Source: Octopus vulgaris (taxonomy: Eukaryota). From it: a DNA stretch of 64,000 nt. Below the pieces are notes generated by a model. That model did no database searches, was not told the DNA's origin, and saw only the letters and a list, made by a program, of their open reading frames with translations. This document shows, one piece after another, positions 57,172 through 64,000 of this stretch (its first letter is position 1; every line of letters begins with the position of its first letter). The stretch covers positions 77,314,001 through 77,378,000 of the forward strand of contig OX597821.1 of assembly GCA_951406725.2 (NCBI GenBank). Reading direction: 5' to 3'. A program made the translations under genes and the position numbers.

Positions 57172-58333
57172 CGGAGATGTACTCGCATAGCAAGTAATTT
57201 GATCTGAGATCGTGTGCTGAAACGAAAACAATTGCAGCGTGGAAGGTGTTTATAAGCCATTTAAGAAACACACAAAAGCCGTTCGATTTAATCCAACATT
57301 TAAGTTTAATTTGTCAAAATATTTTCGTCGCTAAAATCCGCGACCTGTTCACTGACAAAGTCCGTGCTGCATCTAAGAAAGTAACAGTTAGTTCGTCATA
57401 TATATGTACGTATGTATGTGTGTATGTGTGCATACATGTGTGTATGTATGTACGTATGCATGTACGCACATACGCCTGTGTATGCATGTATGTATGTATG
57501 TATGTATGTATATATGTATGTGTGTGTATAAGCACGCACATACACTCTATAAAACATAAAGTTATAAACCTGTAGCGATGGATGGATGTAGAGTGACCAC
57601 TCATCACAACGCTATCAAATTTCAACTCCCTACGGCCGAGGCTGGAAAGTGAATTTATGACGCTTGCTCACAAGAACTATACCCTAAAATCTATTATCAG
57701 ATTTTTATCTCTATATCACAGAACTAATGTTTTACTATTGTTCGTATGTATGTATGTATGTATGTGCGTATGCATTTATGTATGTATGTATGTATGTATG
57801 TATGTATGTATGTATGTATGTATGTACATACGTACGCATGTGCGTATGTATGTATACGCGCTCGTATCCATGTGCCCTTGTATGTGTGTGTGTACATGTA
57901 CGTGCGTATGTACGTGTGTATGCCCATACGTAGGTATGTATGTATGTTTGTATTCATGTGCTACGTATGTATGTGAGTGTCTAGGAGAATGGGCAGATGT
58001 GTCCGTGAGAGTGTGTACATGTGTATGTGTATGTGAACGTATGTCCGTGTACTGGCATGTGTCCGTCCAAGTTGTGTACATGACTGTTACTTTGCTGAAG
58101 GTTGTATACATATTTACATATATGTTTGTATAGACGCACACACATATATATATATGTGTGTGGGTGTGTGTTTGTTCCTCTCATCATCGTCTAACCGTGA
58201 ATGGATACAACGCCTAGGTGCAACTGTTCGTATCAAACAACGTCTGCTCATACCGTTGTATATAACTGCACATACGCATTGCAACCTGTATGTAAGGACT
58301 ACAGGTGAAAGGGAGAGAGAGAGAGAGGGGTGG

Positions 58334-58957
58334 TTATAGAATAGTCCTTCTGAATGGGATCTGGATGTTATTCCATTCGGACTTTCGGTTGAGAGTAGGT
58401 TTGTATTCTTGTATACAAACAGCTTCTGTGACCTGTCTCAACATTGCATCGGTGGGATGTGTAGATAGGATATTCAACTTAAGCTCCCCTAAGGATCCCT
58501 TGTGGCAGTCTACAGCATGTTGGTAGAAGATGGAGTTTGGCTTCCTTTCAATGTAGTTGTCCAGGTGTTCTTTGAACCTATCATTGATGCTTCTAGAGGT
58601 CTCACCTATGTATGACTCCGGGTTAGCCGCGCAAGCTCCCTCCTGGCACTTAATCTGGTATACAGTGCCCTTGGTTTTACAATTTACGTGTGGATTTGTC
58701 GAACACACTGCACAATTACTCTGACAGGTGATTCTATCAAATGGATATGATCTGCATAATGCCGATTTGATAGTCCTACCTGTCTTTTCTACAACTTTAA
58801 CTTTTAGGCCCGTAGTGCGCAGGACTTTCTTGAATGCCTTACTTAGCTCGTTCTTAGGTGTGGCGTCAACGAACATCACTCCGTGAAATCTCCTGTTATC
58901 GTACCAAGTAACGTTTCTCATCTTTTTGTTGGTGTCCCTCTCTAACCTATTCCAGAA

Positions 58958-58960
<3 letters not shown>
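58334..58960 (-). mobile_element. Penelope-like element (Neptune-type) GIY-YIG endonuclease fragment
   Basis: Open frame of 195 aa: Cys-rich linker (CQSNCAVC...C), VYQIKC, YIGETSRS, RFKEH, EAVCI, PTLNRKSEW. Confidence 0.9.
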
Positions 58961-59009
<49 letters not shown>

Positions 59010-59081
59010 TTTGTGAAATTTGATTTAGTATTTCTAAATTGAATTTTTCCCTGTAAGTTTGGAATAATATTCCCTCATATT

Positions 59082-59144
<63 letters not shown>

Positions 59145-59169
59145 ATTATTATTATAATTATTATTATTA

Positions 59170-59230
<61 letters not shown>

Positions 59231-59437
59231 CATATATAAGCAATAATAAATCCCTGAGCGAGATATAAACAGTAGCCGTACGACATGGTGAAGTATATTT
59301 GTCACCTTAACATGACCATTTAACATCCTACTTCTATCATACCAGCTGCATTCCTTTCTTATTCTCCCTTCTCTTTCTCCTTCTTCTGCGTCTTCTTCCT
59401 CTCCGCCACCTCCTTCCTAACTTTACCACTACTACTG

Positions 59438-59812
59438 TTTAGAATAACACATACACAAATTTTATAAACAATACATTCAAAAGAGATGTTTCAAGAATTC
59501 AATACCATCCACAACAAGTCACTTTCAGGGCACTTGACCATTTAACATCCTACTACTATCATGGAACTCACGCATTCTTCTTCTTCTCCACCTCCTCCCT
59601 CTCCTCCTTCTTCTTCTGCTTCTTCTTCTTCTTCTTCTGCTACTACTACTACTACTACTACTAGTACACCTAGTAGGATGTTAAATGGTCAAGTAACCTA
59701 AAAGTGACTCGTTATGAATTATAGCAGTGATTGGGACTGTTTTTTAATGAATTCTTGGGAATCTCTTGAGTGTATCATTTTTAATATTTCCGTGTGTGTT
59801 TGTGATATTCTA
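59438..59812. repeat. Imperfect inverted repeat enclosing (CTT)n/(TAC)n
   Basis: CTTGACCATTTAACATCCTACT versus AGTAGGATGTTAAATGGTCAAG plus weaker outer matches; direct copy at ~59313. Confidence 0.7.
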
Positions 59813-60663
59813 AGTCCGTGGTGGATATGTCGTTTGTTGCAGATGCGTTCAAAAGGGGTCTATATTTTGTAATAAAGAGAGTCTCTTTACTAATTCGTCC
59901 CTGAATTGGTAGAGGGAGGAAATTCTGAAGTTTGGATTTTTGTTATCGGCGCAAATGTCGATGTGTTGGCTACATGCTATTTGTCTGTTTTCTCCTGTTT
60001 TCTTTTTCTTTCAAATCGGGTACGTTTTGCCATTTAGAGTTTTCCTCGTCACCTTCGCTACACATGTCTGACCGGTCCGAAACGAAGAAAGGCATATCTT
60101 GTGGTAGACGTTTCGTTCTGTTATTGCCTTTTTTGTTTTTACATAAGGATTTTGTATTGCTGATCGTGTCTTTGTTGTCTGTTACGTAATAGCTTTTGAG
60201 AATGATGATAGTCTTGTTTCGTTTCTATTGCTTTCAATGTGGTTGTTATAGGTGCTGCCTCCATTTTGTAATGAACGCTGCAACAAGTTTTACTTTGGAT
60301 GCCCACTGTGGTAGGTTTTGCTGTTGCTGTTGGCGTTGTTGATGTTACGGTTGTTGAGAGCAGAAAGCTCTGAGGTGATCGGTGTTTCCACAATTGTAGT
60401 ACCTATGGTTCCTAAACTTCGCCTGTTTTTTAGGTTTTGTTTATTTTTTTATTGCCCCCTCCCCACACACACACACCCAATGAGACTAAATCAAATATTT
60501 TAGCAGTACAATCAAAGGATCCGCTTTTTGCGCCTTTCTGTTGCCGACGTTGCTGATATTGTTGCTGTTGTCATTGTTTATTACATGAGGCAGTCTCGGT
60601 AGCAAGGACTGCTTTTCTCCTGTTGGTAATTTAGGTAGTAGTAGTAGTAGTAGTAGTAGTAGT

Positions 60664-60713
<50 letters not shown>

Positions 60714-60767
60714 ATGGTGGTGGTGGTGGTGGTGGTGGTGGTGGCAGAAGAAGAAAAAGGAGTAGTT

Positions 60768-60810
<43 letters not shown>

Positions 60811-61048
60811 GAGGAGGAGGAGGAGGAGGAGGAGGAGGAGAAGAAGAAGAAGAAGAAGAAGAAGAAGAAGAAGAAGAAGAAGAAGAAGAAGAAGAATGGT
60901 TTCTAATTTAAAAGCAAAGGGAAAAATTGAGGGTAGGGATTATTCAATACCACTGATCCAAGTACTTGACCGGGACCCTGATTTTTCGACCTCGGAAGGA
61001 AATGAAAGGCAAAATTAATCACGGCATAATAATAATAATAATAATAAT

Positions 61049-61240
61049 CTTTTCTACTGGAGGTACAAGGCTTCAAATTTGTGGAGTGGGGACTAATCGA
61101 TTATATTGACCTCAGTGTTTCACAGTTACTTAACTTATCGACCCCGAAAGAATGAAAGGCAAAGTCGACCTCGGCGGAATTCGAACTCAAAACGTAAAGA
61201 CGGACAAAATGCTACTAAGCATTTTGCCCGTCGTGCTAAC
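61049..61240 (-). mobile_element. SINE family B variant with a different tail
   Basis: ATCGACCCCGAAAGAATGAAAGGCAAAGTCGACCTCGGCGG; tail ends next to (TAA)n. Confidence 0.8.
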
Positions 61241-61259
61241 GATGATGATGATGATGATA

Positions 61260-61301
<42 letters not shown>

Positions 61302-61764
61302 TTGATGATGATGATTAAGATGACGACGGTGATGATGATGATGAGGATGGTGGTGGTGATGATGATGATGATGATGATGAGATGATGATGATTACGACGA
61401 CGACGACGATGATGATGATGATGGTGGTGGTGATGATGGTGGTGGTGGTGGTGGTGATGATGATGATGATGGTGGGGTGGGGGTAGTGGTGGTGGTAATG
61501 CTGCTGCTGATGATGATGATGAGAACGAAAAGAAAAAGAAAGAGAAAGAGAGAGAGAGAGCGCGCGGAAGAAACTCCCCCACACTCAAAGACGTGCAGTC
61601 AGTCAGACTGACAAACAGACAGCAATTTAGAATCGAGTTTGAAGTCAGCCTGTTGTTGACTTCTTTCTATTCATTTCCCCCCCCCCCATCCTCCATCCAT
61701 CCTACCCCACCCCATTCTTCCCTATCCTCTCCCCACCCACCCCCATTACGATATTAACTTGCAG

Positions 61765-62002
61765 GTCTCGAGATTTACCCATGAAAATGTGGAGAGTCGA
61801 ATTTCATGCGGTGCTAAAGTCTCAGATTTCACTATCGTTGGCACTGCGATGCTTGGTATTTGAGATTGCAGGAGGTGCCAATGAACTAATGATGGTTGGA
61901 TTTGAATGATATATATATATATATATATATATATGAAGAAAGAAGCGAAGGAGAAAAAGAAAGGAAGAAAGGGAGGGAGGGAGGGAGGGAGGAAGGAAGA
62001 AA

Positions 62003-62063
<61 letters not shown>

Positions 62064-62929
62064 GAAGAAAGAAAGAAAGAAAGAAGGGAAGAAGGGAAGA
62101 AAGGGAAGGAAGGAAGGAAGGAAAGAAAGTAAGAAGGGAAGAAGGGAAGGAAGGAAGGAAAAGAAAGGAAGGCGAGAAAAGATAGAATGAAAGGAAGAAA
62201 GAAAGAAAGAAAGAAACAAACAAACAAACAAACAATGAAATAATGAAAGAAAGAAAGATGGAAAATGAAAAAGATGTAAAGAAAAGTATTGAAGGAAGAA
62301 AACGCCGTAATATTGTTTTTAATAAACTCATGGAAGTCTGATAAGTGTTATTGCACTTTTACTGTTTGGGTTGAATAATCTAACACCTCGGTTCCTCGCC
62401 CTTCGTCTAAGCGAGCAAGAGATAGCAAGTGGTATGGTCACATTATTGCTTTACAATATAATTGCAAACAATAACGCCATTACTTAATACGGATGCTTAA
62501 CGGAGCCAGTCACCGGTTCACTACATCTATGATGGTGGCGGTGACAGGATCGGAGGGAGGGTGAAACTGTAGGTTTGGTTCGATGAACACAATTCTTTTG
62601 TATATTTCTTTTAGTTGAATTGTAGTGGCGTAAACGATAGAAAATAGCAAGCGTGTGAGTATATATGTGTGTGTGTTTTTATGCATATGTTAATAGTATA
62701 CGTGTACGTATGATTGTTAAAGCGATATGGCTTGTGCATATTTGAATGTTTGAAAAAGCGGTTAAAGGAAAGAAAGTTGAGAATTATCGTGGCTAGAAGG
62801 TTCAAAGAAAGAATATATCTTCCTCTTCTTTTTTCAGGACGGGAAGTCGGGATTCGGTATGCAAAACAAAATCGAAAATGAAAAGATGCCGAGCAGCATG
62901 GTCCGATGAGTGCAAGTGACAAACGACAG
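61765..62929 (+). other. Two candidate host exons (61765-61855 and 62838-62929)
   Basis: TTGCAG| and |GTATTT; TCTTTTTTCAG| and CAG|GTGAGC; non-repetitive sequence; product not recognised. Confidence 0.3.
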
Positions 62930-64000
62930 GTGAGCTGTTATCATGTTAGGCATCATGTCGGATATCTCAGGTGGTCCGTAAATATAACCTGTGACTATTT
63001 GATCTAACGTAAGCTGATCTGCATAATATGAGATTCTTGGAGGTACAGAAGTAAAGGAACGAGATATGGAAAGACTGATTTCAGACAAATAGCTAACAAA
63101 CAGGTTGACATAGTTGAGGGACATTCTACTTCCAGCAGTCAGCAGCTGAGACATATTCATAGATCTCACCGGTAAATATAAAGCTGTGAGGATGAGGATG
63201 AGGATGAGTTTGGCAAGGCGGAGAAGAATGGATGAATTTATACAGAAATATTTTCCGGATTTTCATTTCTGATTTCTCTGGATTACCACTTTTGACTAAA
63301 TTGAATCTATTTAGCAATAATACAAACAAAACCGACTGGATGAGCTTTAAAGTGAAACAACCCCATAGCTTGTCTCAATACGTGAGCATCAGCATAAAAA
63401 TAATGCAACTTGATTGGTTACGGTTAAATGGTTGTCGACTTTGGAATACGAGTTCATTCTCCAGTGCAGTTTAGTTGTGAATCTCCTAAAGATAGTTCCA
63501 TGGAATCGTTTTAGCTTACAATTTCTCTTCAACTGAAGTTAAGGCTTTCGTAATCCATTACTAATACAGCGCTGTTTCCATCGCCATTACACATAAATAC
63601 CCTTGTCACATCTCATCCGCCTCTGATTTGATACCAAAGGATGCTTCTCGAACAAAACAAAATACAACTTTCATTGAAAAAGTTATTTCTAGTAGACAGC
63701 AACAACAATATCATATTTGCTTCTGCAACGAATTTACATACTAACAGCGAATGATATAAACTGTTCTGTCGAATAAAGACATTCTACCTGCTGGGTTTAT
63801 TGCTATGTATATGACATTTGTCTCACATTCTATGTACGAGATAATTTGCTTCGAGATAGCTCTATAAAGATAGACGTTGCACCACTATATTCTATGTTCC
63901 ACGTACTTTTGTGAGCAAAGAGAAACTCTAAATATTCGAAAATCTGTTTAAGTAATGAACTCTGAGACAACTTCTCATGAGTTATCTTCGCGTGATGTCA

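Overview
AT-rich eukaryotic (animal) genomic DNA that is intergenic or intronic and saturated with microsatellites ((TA)n, (TATG)n, (TAGA)n, (TAA)n, (GAT)n, (GT)n). The SINE families and repeat style point to an octopus or other coleoid cephalopod; this is an inference from recalled SINE sequences, not a search. No intact host gene is evident, and nearly all ORFs in the track are microsatellite artefacts. The real coding traces are decayed transposons: two mariner transposases, CR1/L2-group LINE pieces (APE and RT), three RLE (R4/Dong-like) non-LTR families, an RTE tail and a Penelope-like (Neptune-type) GIY-YIG endonuclease. There are also several tRNA-headed SINE families, a non-autonomous Helitron, a hAT MITE and a Tc1-like MITE. 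The most striking signal is about a dozen hammerhead-ribozyme motifs (CUGANGA...GAAA-C...GUH with a palindromic stem III), five with all three stems present. They lie in short non-coding elements embedded in (TA)n tracts, often as fold-back inverted repeats whose junctions fall at or near the ribozyme. One family shows conserved structure outside the ribozyme, one has hammerhead geometry with a non-canonical core, and one hammerhead is tandemly duplicated 1159 nt apart. Coordinates were read by eye and element edges may be off by a few bases.
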